In this document: positions 26,236 through 38,200 of the stretch, in pieces
How positions within the stretch are numbered: the stretch's first letter is position 1
Layout: each line of letters starts with the position of its first letter
Position numbers and translations under genes: made by a program
The notes under the pieces: generated by a model
Seen by the model: the letters and a program-made list of their open reading frames with translations, nothing else
Told to the model about the DNA's origin: nothing
The model's database searches: none
From: Octopus sinensis
Taxonomy: Eukaryota
Direction of reading: 5' to 3'
Length of the DNA stretch: 64,000 nt
NCBI RefSeq assembly: GCF_006345805.1
Contig: NW_021832595.1
Location: 45,010 to 109,009 of the forward strand

Positions 26236-29200
26236 AGGAAATACATGTGCTTTTAACAATAAGTTCAGCATGGGTATCAGTCTGGGTGTTTTAAAGAACT
26301 GATTTCCTTATGACTTTATTATTATTGAGTGAGAGAGCAGCGCAAGCCATCAAAGTGACACTGGAATAAAATATACGAAGCCCAATATACCCATCATGAC
26401 AACCCGTCTGATAAGGGTACACCAGGCACATGCATCACAACCATATGTGCATGGCATGGTGATCTCATATCAAGATAAACAGCGCATGACCTTGCAGGTC
26501 AAGTAGCCCATCCTGCTCAAAAGGTCCCTGAATAACGATTGTTTAAGGATATTGAATGAAATACCCATGTTTCCAGAGGTGAATTATCCAAACCCCAAAT
26601 AATTCCTCTCAACACATGGCTATGATGCTCCCTCACTACTTCTGCTCAAACAACTGTGGTACTGAATTGTGGTATTGAGCAGAATATTTGCTGCAGCCCA
26701 TCTTTCATACCAAGACAAAACAATGTACATGATAATACTTCCAATCAGTTAAGGACAGAAGCTATGACTGTCACTGCCTGGTCCTGCATCAGGGCATTTA
26801 TTATTATCATTATTATTATTATTATTATTATGAAAGCTTCTCAGATGGTTCTTAATTACCAGTTATTCTTTACTTGAAAACAGTCAACAACAAATCACCA
26901 AAGGTTTTCCAAGTAGTGCCTTCTCCTATGACTCAAAGAAACAATACTCTCCTTAAAATGCAAGCTGTACCCAACAATGCTGACTTCTGAATTACCTCGA
27001 GCCTGACAGCAGCTCCAATATTCTTAATATGTTTTACAAAGCCCTTGGAAACTGCTCCTAATGCTCCAGTTACCACTGGTGTCACCATTATTTTCCCCAT
27101 GTCCCATAACTTTTCTATCTCGTCCCAGACTGATACCATGCTGAACTTATTGTTAAAAGCACATGTATTTTCTCTCTCTCTCTCTCTCTCTGACCCTCTG
27201 CCTTTTTACCCTTGCTCTCTCTCTTCTGTTTCCTTATCTTTCACCCTCAAATTGCCTGGTATTGCAACATCTACTATCTTTGCTTCTTTTTCATCTTTAT
27301 GGATGATCATGATATCTGGTTGTCTCGCCTCTATGACTTGGTTGCACTGTATGTTAAAATCCCAGAGTATTTTGTAATGATCATTTTCCATTTCTCCCTG
27401 TGGCTTGTGTTCATACCTATTTCCTTTACTACCCACAAGGGGCCAAACACAAGGACAGACAAACGAATTAAGTCGATTACACTGACCCCAGTGCGTAACT
27501 GGTACTTATTTAATCGACCCCGAAAGGATGAAAGGCAAAGTCGACCTCAGCGGAATATGAACTCAGAACATAGTGGCAGGCGAAATACCGCTAAGCATTT
27601 CGTCTGGCATGCTAACGTTTCTGCCAGATTGCCACCTTAATACCATTGTTCTACTCTTTCAAGGTTTGCTTTACTACAGCCAGTAGACGTATCTGGCTAC
27701 ATTGTCATATCTCCTTTTATATTCATGTTGTGCAAGCTTACGGCACTCACCAACAATATGGCTTATACTTTCTCTCTTCTCAGAGCACATCCTACACTGT
27801 GGCAAGTCAGTGCTTTTATCAATGTGATATTTAGAGGAGTTTGTTCTGAGAGCTTGTTCTTGAGCGTTGCACACTAATGCCTCCAGTAGGCCCTTTTAAG
27901 TCTCCTTTCTGCAGCCATTGCCAGGTTCTATTCCAATTAATCTCATCTTTATTCTTCAAGAACTGACTGTGCATTTTCTTGTCCTACTAAATTTCCTTCA
28001 TCTGATTTCTCTAGTCTTCCTTAAATCGTGTTGGATCTACGGCTGCGTTCACTTTTAAGGTTCCCTGCATTTTCACTGCTTCAATCCTTTCTTCTTTATT
28101 CCCCTTGACATACCAAGCCAGGCTATTCTCCTCTTCCTTGACACACCATTCACAACATACCAATCCCTGTCGTCCTTCCCTCCTCCTTTACATACAACCT
28201 TGACACATCACTCTTGGGGTTCTAATTTCTTGTTCATTGTCATTAATTTACATGTTCTCTGGTCTATCTCTTGTAATTCATGCTTCTATCAAGATACTAT
28301 TCCTGCCCCATATCTCATCAAAGCAACAGCCCATGTGTTAATTGCTCTAATCTTATTGCAGCCATTTAGCTTCAATTGGAGCACAAGCCAAATTTCCTTC
28401 AAATACTCTTTCCTTAACTTTTCTTTGATCTCGTGTTTATTCATCTTATCTCTTTCAATGATACCCAGGTACCTATATCCTTCCTCTCTGAATTCCCTTA
28501 TAGTTTCATTACTTTCCAGGTTGATCCTATGGCTTTTACTGATTTCCCCCCCTTTTGAGAATCATTACACCACATTTCTTGATCTCAACTTCCATGCCAA
28601 TATCTTTGCTAATCATCTGCACAGTTGCCATCAAGCTCTCAATTTCTTTCTCAGTCTTAGTGAATAGCTTTAGGTTACTAACCCCAAGATTCCGAGTTTG
28701 ATTCCAAGCAGTGACCTGAACAACAATAACAACAACAACTACCTTAGGTATGAGAACCCAAGTTCAAAATTTCCTCAAAATGCCTGATGAAAAGCTAGAG
28801 GGTATATCAGTCGAAACGTTTTAACAACAAACAAGATGAGGACAAAAATCCATCAAATATAAATAATGTAAATAATGTACTTAATTCCTCATCTCTTAAA
28901 TATAGAACTGTAATACCAGAACTTTGTTTCCTGTAGTATTTCTCTCAAGGGGATCATTCCCAGCATGAATATCAGTGGGAACACGCTGTCCCCCCTGGAA
29001 GATTCCTCTCTTGATTTTCACCTCTCCTAATACTTGATGCACCAGCTGTCAACTGCATTCTCCAACATTTCATGCTGTTCCATATAAGGTTGGTGGTGGT
29101 GGTCTGCTGCTGCTGCTTTTGTTTGTTTGTTTATTGAGTGAAGCAGTCTTCGTCCCAGAGCTCGCAAGATCGCGCCTCTATAGTAGGAGAAGGCGGAAAC

Positions 29201-32200
29201 GTGGTCCTTTGCTATTTGTAAGACCCGCAGAAGAGAAAGCAGGTCAACCCCCAATACCGAGAGCTTCAACGGATGGATGAATGCGCATCCAGGCTCAGTG
29301 GTTGCGTAGCAAGTCGGGGACAAGAAACAGGAAGAAAGAATGAGAGAAAGTTGGGGGTGAAAGAGTACAACAGGGGTCGCCACCACCCCCTGCCGGAGCC
29401 TCGTGGAACTTTAGGTGTTTTCACTCAATAAACACACACAACGCCCGGCCTAGGAATCAAAACCGCGATCCTCCGACCACGAGTCCACTACCCTAACCAC
29501 TGGGCCATTGCACCTCCACTTGCTGCTGCAGCATTGAAATAATTGGTGTATATTCAAGGAAGAATAATTGAGTAAAATAATGTAAACCAATATTGAAATA
29601 GAAGAAACATTTGAGACATGAAAATGCATATTAGTTTTTGAATAGCGTCTACTTTCACAGAAGCACATTGCCATCTTGGGATGTCTTTAAAGAGGGACTT
29701 TAGTTCATGAAACTGGTGAAGAATATAATAAAACTAACACTATGACCATGCGAGTACTGTCCAAATCTCCGACCAATCACATACAGCTTGCTGGCATTCA
29801 ATTGGCGTATCAAGTTTCGGGCATTTTGATTGGGTTTTGGACAGAAAATTCACAAAAAAGTCACTTCTATTGATGTTTTAATGGCTTTGCGAGGTGACTG
29901 GGGAAATGTAAAGATGTGCACAACCACCCTTGGACGGTTTTGAATGACCATAGAAAGTGCGAGCCCTCTAACTGAAAAATTATGGATTTGTATAAAGGAC
30001 ACACACACACACAGACATTTTGCCATTTATATATATAGAGATGACTGAGAGAGAAATAATCATTCAACTAGTTTTCTGAAACGATTGAATGAAGGACACC
30101 AAGGTAGATGGTGCCTCTGAGTTGTCTAGGTTGATTGTGTATTGGGGAGAGATTGAGGTAAAAACAGTGACAGACAGAGAGAGAGAGAGAAATATTTTTG
30201 GAAGAAGGAATGTAAATCTTTATTCTTTCTGTGTATCTCTCTCTCTCTTTCTTTCTCTCTTTCTCTATATAACACACACATACATGTACACACAGATACA
30301 TTCTTATATATGTATTATCATGATGATGATGATGATGATGGTGATGATTATGATAATCTCAAAAACAGATTTAAGAAAACACAATAAAAGTAGTAAAACG
30401 GATTTGTAGTATCATCATTTTCACCCCCACCCCCACCCCCACCCCCAACACCACAACAACCACCACCACCACCACAACCAGCACCACAACCAACACCACA
30501 ACCACCAACACCACAATCACGAACACCACAACCAGCACCACAACCACCAACACCACAACCACCACCACCACAACCACCAACACCACAACCACCAATACCA
30601 CAATCACCAACACCAACACCACAACCACCAACACCACAACCACCAACACCACAACCACCAACACCACAACCAGCAACACCACAACCACCAAGACCACAAC
30701 CAGCACCACAACCACCAACACCACAACCACCACCACCACAACCACCAACACCACAACCACCAATACCACAATCACCAACACCAACACCACAACCACCAAC
30801 ACCACAACCACCAACACCACAACCACCAACACCACAACCACCAACACCACAACCACCAACACCACAACCACCAACACCACAACCAGCAACACCACAATCA
30901 CCAAGACCACAACCAGCACCACAACCACCAACACCACAACCACCAACACCACAACCACCACAACCAGCACCACAACCACCAACACCACCACCGCTGCCAC
31001 CATAATAATAATTATCATCATAACATCCACTTTTCTGTGCTTGAATGGGTTGGATAGAATTTGTTGAGATGGATTTTGTATGGTTTGGCGCCTCTCCTGT
31101 CACCAACCCTCACCACCTTCCAAGGGAAGTAACTGTTTCCCCATTTTACAGAATATCACAAAATATTAGAAACAAAGGGCACCACTTGCATAACAGGGAC
31201 ACCCGCTTACAACTATCACACAATGTCAAGGCAAGGAGACATGCACACACACACACACGTATGACAGGTTTCTTTCAGTTTCTGCTTACCAGACCTATTC
31301 GCTGGGCTTTGTTTGGCCTAAGGCTGTAGCTGAAGAGACTTGTCCAAGGTGCCATTCATTGAGACTGAACCTAAATTAAGTCAATTAAAAGCAATAGCAA
31401 CAGATGCAGTATTAATATCAAAAGGTAAATTTTACATCCAACTAAATGTGGATGTTGTGTTAGAACACTAAATACTGTGTTACTCACCTTGAGAAGACCT
31501 CTCATATTGACGCATGCTGCATAAAAGCACTCATATTTATACTGCTAGCAGATGACAATCATCTATCTACTGGCACCAAAACTACCACATCACCTATTTT
31601 CGCTCTGCCTGGATCCATCAGTGACAGACATCCAAAAGCAACATAATAGCCGAATCTCACTGTCAGTCATATGTACACTTTTATGTCTTTTTGGACATTC
31701 ATGTTGCAAATAGCCAGAAAGCTCATTAAAGGTAATTAATAGCCGGAAGGCTTATTAGAAATAATGAATAGCCACAAGGTTTATTAAACATAATTAATAG
31801 TTAGAAGGTTTATTATAGATAATTAATAGTTAGAAGGTTTATTAGAAAAAATTAATAACCAGGAGGTTTATTAAAGATAATTATTAACCAGAAGGTTTAT
31901 TAAAGATAATTATTAACCAGAAGGTTTATTAAAGATAATTATTAACCAGAAGGTTTATTAAAGGTAATTAAGAGCCACAAAGCTGATTTTTATTTTGATG
32001 TTGATGTACTTGACTCAGTAGGTCTCCTCAAGCACAGCATATCACCTTACGATCCAAGGTACTTTTAAGTGGGCTGGTTATGCGAAACTGGTGTGGGTTA
32101 CAGCTGTGAACTCACTTTAATTGCCGGGTCTTCTCAGTCACAGCATATCTCCAGAGGTCTCGGTCTTTCGCCATTGCCTCTGTGAGGCCCAATGTTCAAA

Positions 32201-35200
32201 GGTCATGCTTCACCACCTCATCCCATGGCTTCCTGGGTCTCCCTCTACCCAAGATTTCTTCCACTGTTTGAGAGTGGCACTCCTTCACACAGCTCTCCTC
32301 ATCCATCCGTAGTACATGACCTTACCAATGCAAACGTCTTTCTTGCTTGCCACATCCAATGCTTCTTATGCCCAACATTTCTCTCGGGGTGCTTACACTC
32401 TGTCGTGTGTGCACACTGACATTACACATCCAGCAGATCATGCTAGCTTCATTTCTTTCAAGCCTACACATGTCCTCTGCAGTCACGGCCTATGTTTTAC
32501 TGCCGTGAAGCATGGCAGTTTGCTCACATGCATCCTACAATCTATCTTTTACTCTGAGCAAGAGGCCCTTTCTCACCTATAGGAGTAGAAGCTTTCTGAA
32601 CTTTGCCCAGGCAATTCTTATTCTAGTGGTAACGCTCTCTGAGCATCCACCCCCACTACAGACTTGTTCACCCAGATAGCAGAAGCTATCAACTACATCT
32701 AGTTTCTCCCCTTGTCATGTGATGGAATCTATTTTCTGAGCATCTGTGGTGTTTATTGCCCCTGTGCATCTGCTGCACATGAAAGCTATCTTCCCGGTTA
32801 ATCTTCCTTTGATGTTGCTGCACTTCTTATGTGTCCATAGCTTACACTGGGTACATCTTATGGAGTTTCTACCTACACCTTTTCTACAGATCGAACAGGA
32901 CCACCTGCCTGAAATGGTGCGTGATTTGTTTGCCTTCTTACTTTTTTTAGCATAACATGTTATCATCATCATCATTATTATCATCGTCTAATGTCCATTT
33001 TCCATGCTGGCATGGGTTGGGTGCTTCGACTAGAACTTTGGTCTTTACAACATTGACTATAAGGCGCTTCAATTCTAAACCTTGCTTCTACACCTGAAAT
33101 TTCTTCTCTAGTTCTGGTAGTGATTCTGCTATGAGGGCCAGGTCATCAACATAGAGGAGTTCCCAGGGGCAACCTGTCTTGAATTCCTGTTATTTCCTGG
33201 AGGACTATGATGAATAAGAGGGGGCTGAGGGCTGATACTTGGTGAACCCCTACTTCTACCAGGAATTCTTCACTATACTCATTGCCAACACTAACCTTAC
33301 TAACGGCCTCTCTGTATAGGGCTTGTACAGCCCTTATTAACCACTCATCAATCCCCATTTTCTGCATCGCCCACCAGATAAGGGATTGGGGGACCCTGTA
33401 AAAGTCCACAAAAGCTAAGTATAGGAGTTTATCTTTGGCTAGTTATTTCTCCTGCAGTTGCTGCACCAGGAATATGGCATCAGTGGTGCTTCTACCTGGC
33501 ACAAAACCGAACTGCATCTCATCTAAGCAGACACTCTCCCTAATTAGTTGGGCCATGACCCTCTCCCTGACCTTCATCACCTGATCCAGCAATTTGATAC
33601 CCCTGTAGTTATTTCTATCTAAAGCATCACTTTAACCTTTGTAGCAGTTGACTATGGTGCTGCTACACCAGTCATTGAGTATGACTCCATCATGAACTAC
33701 CTGGTTTACAATGCGGGTGACTAGGCCATAGCCCACACCACCAGATGTTTTAAGCATCTCAGCAGTGATTCCTGATGGACCAGGGGCTTTTCCTGGCTTC
33801 ATAACCTTAATTGCTTTATCTACAAGGGTGCTGTCTATTCGGATAGCTGGTCCCTCTACTGTGGCAACATTTGGCTGGCTCTCCTCCTCCAGTTCATTTT
33901 CCACGTTCAGCAGTCTTTCATAATGGCTTCTCCAAACCTCTTTCATTTCGGAATCATTAAAAGCAAGTGCACCATCATCCATGCGGACACATTTCTCTCC
34001 TGTGACATCACAATTTTCTCTCACACACTGCAATCCGAAATACTTCATTTCTTTGGTCTTTATGTTGCTGGACATTGGCAAACTTCTTTTCTGCTTCGCC
34101 CTTGGCTATGTATGCCTGTCTCCTAGCCTCCTTTCTGGCTATCTGGTATGGTTCCCTGCTACCCCAACCCCTCCAGGCCTGTTTCATTGCTCTGATGGCT
34201 CTGTCTACTATATTATTCCACCACCACATAACTCTAGGTCTGGAAGGGACTTTGCACCATCTGTGGACTTGGTCTGTGGCACTCAGTAAGCTGTCCCGTA
34301 GGAATTTCCAGCTACCTTCTATGTCCGAGGACTGTAGCTCCTCCTCCCTCTCATCATATTTCTTGATGAGGATATCCCTAAATCTCAGATCATGTGAAGG
34401 GTTCTTTAGCTTCCAAATCCTTCTTTTCTGGATTGGTCTGCTTCTTGGAATCCTTCTGGCCTCGAGTCTAAAGTCACTAATGACTAGTCTATGCTGGGGG
34501 TACATTCCATACCTGAGAGGGTCTTTGTATTTAAGAGCAACCCTGCGTCCCGCTGTCTGGTGAGGATGAAATCAATCTGGCTAGCAGAGTCACCTGATTG
34601 ATAGGTTATCAGGTGGCTGCTTGGCTTCCTGAACTTAGTGTTGCAGACTAAAAGGCTACATGCATCACAAAACTCCAGTAGCCTGGTTCCATCTTCTTTT
34701 CAGGAACCAATACCATTATGCCCATGTACACCAGTGAAGATACCGGATTGCTGTCCAACATGCTCATTAAAATCTCCAGCTGCAAAGATGAGGTCATTGC
34801 CACTCATCTTTGAGGCAGCCTGTAGAAGGGTATCATAAAAATGGTCCTTCAGAGCATTTGGTAGGGCCACTTGCAGGGTCATAGGCAGAGATAATTGTAG
34901 CTATACTATTCTGCAAGACTAGCCTGAGCTTAAGCACTCTATCACATACCCTGACAACCTCTATGACCTTATCCACCCATTTCTCCACAAGGAATATACC
35001 TACACCCCCTACTCCATCGATGTTACCTTCCCAGAAGATTTTTATACCTATGTGCCTTGCCTGTGAGGACACTAGCTGAAGCTTCTCTCCATCTTACCTC
35101 TTATGGCAATTTTCTGTCATGTAAATTGTAGCAGTATGGGCAGCGAAATGTGATGTTGATGGTTCAATGTATGTTGTCGGGTGTCGCCGATGGAGATAGG

Positions 35201-38200
35201 ACGACATCAAAGTAAAACAATGAGGATTGTAGTTTAAATAATTTATTTGATCCACACTTGCATCTACGTGTTGGATACTCAAAGTTTAATTTACAATATC
35301 AATGAAGGCTGCTACATGAAGTTACCAACAGCTTTGAGGTGGCAAAGTAAAAATAACAACAGGAGAAGTAGAATGTTGATTTGATGAAAGAGTGCATGGC
35401 ATATTTTGTGTCTGTGTGTGCATTGAACATTTGGTTGAGTTGTGTTGTTTTTCTGTCCTATCTTTTTGTGTCCTGCTACTGTGTTGTGTCATTGGCTATC
35501 ATAATTCGCTCATGCTGACTATGTGGCTCTCTGTTGGCTGCTTACCTGTTGCAAGCTGCCTGCTTATCTGTCCTGTATCTAAGGTCACTATTTATAATGG
35601 TCATCCTAGCAAGAAGAACAGACATACCATTGGAGTCCTTACTACTTATCTAGGTCACCTGCTGTCCAGTTGAACCTTCAGTGACACAGCTCAGGTTAGA
35701 AATCCATCCATCACATTTTGACAGGATAAAGAAATTTCTGTCACACCTGTTCGGCCAGTGGTGGATCAGGTCAGCGAGAATCCTTAGATTCAGTTTCGAA
35801 TCTCAGCTCAGAAAATGAAATGTTAGTTTTTACATAAATAAAAGTTTATGTTAGTTTAAAAGATTTATCCAAAAAATCTTATTTAACTGTAATTTTTAGA
35901 ACAACATGTGGGTGAAGGTAAATAATATGCACACCCAGTGTTTAGGGCTAGGTTTAGGGTTTAGGGTTAGGATTACATGGAAGACGGATGGTGTGTGTAT
36001 TCTTTAACTCTGCCCAATTCATGTTATGTTACCAATAGTTTTCTTTCATATAAATAAATTTTGACTTAAAAATTTGCCAGTAAAGTCTTATAAAATGACA
36101 ATGTTCCAAAAGATGTAGATGTTTATATGATATACATGAAAATAAGAGTGAACAAAATATACTTAAAAAACAACTATATTTTGTAGTCATTATCCGTAAT
36201 CTACTCCCAAAACACTTCAGTAGCTCTATTTTGCATCACTTGCAAACTCATATGTTCTATGATCATTAAAGTGCAACGACCTCCACAATAACCAGCCTTC
36301 AATTTGATTTTCTGTTCCTAGATTAATCAGAAACATAGATTGCTGTGCTACTCATAAACCTTCTCGGTAGTTCAAGTAACTGGGGAAAAAATAACACCAA
36401 AGCAACTTAAACTGTCCAAAGGATGGGTGCGTTTCTTAGTTAAAAATAATTAATAGCCATAAGGCGTATTAAAGATAATTAACTGTCAGAAGGTTTATTA
36501 AAGGTAATTATTAAACAGAAGGTTTCATCATCATCATCGTCGTTTAACGTCCGTTTTCCATGCTGTCATGGGTTGGACAGGCTCCAATCTAATCTGGCAA
36601 AATTTCTACAGCTGGATGCCCTTCCTAATGCCAACCACTTTGAGAGTGTAGTGGGTACTTTTTACATGTCACCAGCACATAAGCCAGTCAGGTGGTACTG
36701 GCATCAACCACGCTTGAATGGTGCTCTTTTACATGCTACCAGCACGAGTGCCAGTCAGGCGGCAGTGGCAATGATCACGCTCAAATGATGCCTGTTATAC
36801 ACCACTGGCACAGGTGCCAATCAGGTGGTCCTGTTATCAGCCATGACAAGGATTTCACTTGCCTCAACAGGTGTTCGTAAGTGCAGTTTATTGCAGTTTA
36901 TTAAGTTACTCTTAAATGGGCTGGTAATACTGCACTGGCATAGATCATGTTTATGGTCTCACTTGCATTGCCGGGTCTTCTTAAGCACAGCATATCTCCA
37001 AATGTCTCAGTCACATTTGAAAGTCGTGCTTCACCACTTCATCCCAGGTCTTCCTGGGTCTACTTCTTTCACAGGTTCCCTCTCTTGCTAGGGTGTGACT
37101 CTTTTTCACATAGCTGTCCACATCCAAACGCAACATATGACCATACCAGCGCAGTCGTCTCTCTTGCACACCACATCTGATGCTTCTTAAATCCAACTTT
37201 TCTCTCAAGGCAGTAACACTCTGTTGAGTATGCACACTGACATTACACATCCAGTGGATCATACCAGCTTCATTCTTTGCAAGCTTGTGCATGTCCTCAG
37301 TAGTCACAAAGATAATTAATAGCCAGAAGATTTTATCATTATCATTATCATCATCATCATCATCATCGTTTAACGTCCACTTTCCATGCTAGCATGGGTT
37401 GGACGGTTCGATTGAGGTCTGGGAAGCCGAGGAGGCTGCACCAGGCCCAACCACAAGGCTTATTAAAGGTAATTAATAGCCAGGAGGTTTATTAAAAATA
37501 ATTAATAACCACAAGGCTTATTAAAGGTAATTAATAGCCAGAAAGTTTATCAAAAATAATTAATACCCAGCAAATTTATTAAAAGTAAATAATAGTCAGC
37601 AAGTTTACTAAAAATAATTAATAGCCAGGTCTATTAAGAATAATTACTAACCAGCAGGTTTATTAAAAATAGTTAACAGCCACAAGGTTTATTAAAAATA
37701 ATTAATAGCCAGAAGGCTTAGTAAAGATAATTAATAGCCAGAAGGCTTATTAAAGATAATTAATAGCCAGAAGGTTTATCAAAGATAATTAATTGCCAGA
37801 AGGCTTATAAAAAATAATTAATAGCCAGAAGACTTATTAAAGATAATTAATAGCCAGAAGGTTTATTAAAAATATTTAATAACAAGGAGGCTTAATAAAG
37901 ATAATTAATAGCCAGCAAATTTATTAAGAAAAAATCTACTACATATGTGGAAATCTGTGGGTGTGTTTGTTTGTGGAGTTGTTATCTAACTCCTCCTACA
38001 TCGTTTTATCGATTTTGATGAAACTTGACACATGAGTAGAATTTATGTCTAGAAAACTAGTGACATACTTAGATTGTTGGAAAAATCGATAATAGGGCCC
38101 TTGGAAGGGATTCTTATAAGTACTACATATAACTAATATATTATTTTTAAACATCCAAGGGAAATAACCCATTCGCTCCTGAAAGGGATCCTTATATATA

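Noticed and set aside
30371-31030. Poly-Val/Leu membrane-protein-like ORF
   Set aside because: Alternate frame of the G/T minisatellite; no complexity or splice context.
35941-35975. Interstitial telomere (TTTAGGG/TTAGG)
   Set aside because: Only about 4 degenerate units, typical of short motifs inside non-autonomous TEs.
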